A stretch of DNA of 52,560 nt, the filler included, from Bipalium vagum (taxonomy: Eukaryota): assembly GCA_037834085.1 (NCBI GenBank). It is 3 parts of 3 records of this genome, joined end to end, with 100 filler letters (N's around TTAATTAATTAA, not from the genome) between each part and the next. Parts side by side here need not be neighbours in the genome. Positions count along the whole stretch, not along the records: positions 35,750 to 52,560 come from JBBMKC010092925.1; 2 more parts are not named here. One strand, written 5' to 3'. The position numbers and the translations under genes are program-made. Position 1 is the first letter of the stretch. Every line of letters begins with the position of its first letter. Shown piece by piece: positions 51,046 through 52,560 of this stretch. The notes under the pieces were generated by a model. The model was not told where the DNA came from. It ran no database searches and saw only the letters and a list, made by a program, of their open reading frames with translations.

Positions 51046-52159
51046 CTGAAAAAAATGATAGTTTTAATAGCAGATGAATAATAATAATAATAATAATGAT
51101 AATAATAATAATTAATTAATAATTAATTAATAATTGTTTTTTGAACTTAATTAATTCAGTTAATTATCCTTGACAAATTTCACTACGGAAATCAAGTAAT
51201 CTTCATACTAAACATATTTGACAATTTTTCATTGATAAGCACATATTTTCTTAGTACTGCAAACGTTTTGAAACTAATATAATTTATTTTGTTAACGGAT
51301 ATAAAAAATCCAACGGTGTTTTATCACATGAAATGTTTCGAATCTATAATTTATAATATCGGTTTAGATCAACATTATTTACATCCCATTTAAGTCAATG
51401 TACATTTCAACTTCACGAAATGGACACGTGTATCATGAAAAATATCTCTCTTATTTATATAAAATAATAAACAAAATTCTCTCAAGGATTGGAATAAACA
51501 AATGTTGTCTTTTTCAAAGATATATTGTGGTTAAGTTTTCTTCATCATTAAATCAAAACCCTCTTAGGTTATTTTGAAAATAATAGTTAATTTGGTTACT
51601 TGATAAAATTGATTTTTCATGCTTAGAAATTGTCACTATGTAATAATTAAAAATTAACAAATAATTTTATATTTAATTTCTTGATAATTGGATTTGTTTA
51701 AATTTTCGATAAGTTTGGCAGTTTTATAATTAAATTAATGTTAAAAAAAGAGGATTTGTCTCATAAAAAGAGTTGAGTTTGATCTGCAAAGATCATGGTT
51801 TGATTTATTCCCGAAGTTTATTGACTAGAAGATTATTTCGGAAAATTTTATTAAATCATGCAATCGATATTTCGATCTAATCGAGATTAAAAAAAGATCT
51901 GGAATTTTGAATTGAACAAATGATATGGAAGAAGAATACGTTGAAAAAGAAGGGGAAGTAGCAAATTCTGAAAAGAGGTTGAGATAATCCGTTGGCAAAC
52001 CAAAAAAGATGTCAGATTTAGAAGAAATGCAACAGCATAGACAAGTAGAAGAGGATTTAGAAATATATTTCCGAAAACCAAAGAAATTGTAGACAAGATA
52101 TTAGCTCACAATTGGAATGGGGAATCACTAATATCAGAACTTTTAGTTTCAACCGAATG

Positions 52160-52310
52160 TCATATTTAAACGATATTCTAATTTCCACCAGGATACTTAA
52201 TACGCACAATTAAGTATTGAATAGAGTGCAGAGTAACATTCAAGAAGCAGCTCTGAGGCTGAATCCGGAAAAATACCACTTGTTTTGAAAAGAAATCAGA
52301 TATATTGTGG
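52160..52310 (+). mobile_element. Ty3/Gypsy reverse-transcriptase fragment
   Basis: YLNDILIS..H..VLNRV..IQEAALRLNPEKYHLF*KEIRYI is a degenerate 'YLDDILI...GL.LNPEKC.F...EI.YL'. A gag-like decayed stretch may precede it (about 51750-52150). Confidence 0.75.
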
Positions 52311-52435
52311 AGATTCCCAGGCCCGGTCCCAAATTCAATCTCAAATTCTAAAAACAATAAATGACAATTTTGTGATTTTAAAATACATTCTAGTATTTTA
52401 TTGTTTTTTATGTTTGTTTTTGGGCTATACTATAG

Positions 52436-52470
52436 TACAGGGTGTTTCATAAGTAACTGACATTTTTTAA
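52436..52470 (+). mobile_element. Tc1-type terminal inverted repeat (partner outside window)
   Basis: TA + cagggtgtttcataagtaactgaca, a typical CAGGGTG Tc1-family terminus. Confidence 0.4.
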
Positions 52471-52560
52471 ATGAATGATTTATTATTATTTTCCATGCAT
52501 AAATTTTATGTCTAAATAAATTTTTATAGAAAAAATCTGTCTTAGTTTTCATTTTTATAA

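Noticed and set aside
1745-52310. Antisense orientation bias of intronic transposons
   Set aside because: Several are in sense orientation (8026, 38612, 40926) and the sample is too small.

Overview
This is very AT-rich eukaryotic (metazoan, plausibly flatworm/planarian; inference) genomic DNA. It is not one continuous locus. Two identical 100-bp spacers (44 N + TTAATTAATTAA + 44 N, at 19912-20011 and 35650-35749) look like artificial six-frame-stop linkers joining three independent sequences, and there is one ordinary 178-N gap at 27527-27704. I rebuilt five partial spliced genes by hand with GT-AG introns whose phases chain correctly; the ORF track misses most of their exons. They are: (1) the 3' half of a two-pore channel (TPC3-like) with an unusual GNNW filter and a 4-charge S4; (2) the 5' part of an LPCAT1/2-like acyltransferase; (3) a nuclear receptor from the G-box (RIGRQP) through the ligand-binding domain, a candidate two-DNA-binding-domain (2DBD) receptor whose zinc fingers are not in the window; (4) the 3' part of an ANKRD27/VARP-like ankyrin protein; and (5) an unnamed minus-strand single-pass membrane protein with a GCC2/GCC3-like Cys repeat. 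Introns and intergenic DNA hold about ten distinct decayed mariner elements, plus DD37E, DD41D-like, hAT, Gypsy and RTE remnants and MITEs. The most unusual structure is a 2.3-kb unit in the TPC last intron. It has well-preserved mariner TIRs and TA flanks, but its interior consists of two foreign transposases arranged head-to-head. No RNA genes or CRISPR arrays were recognised.
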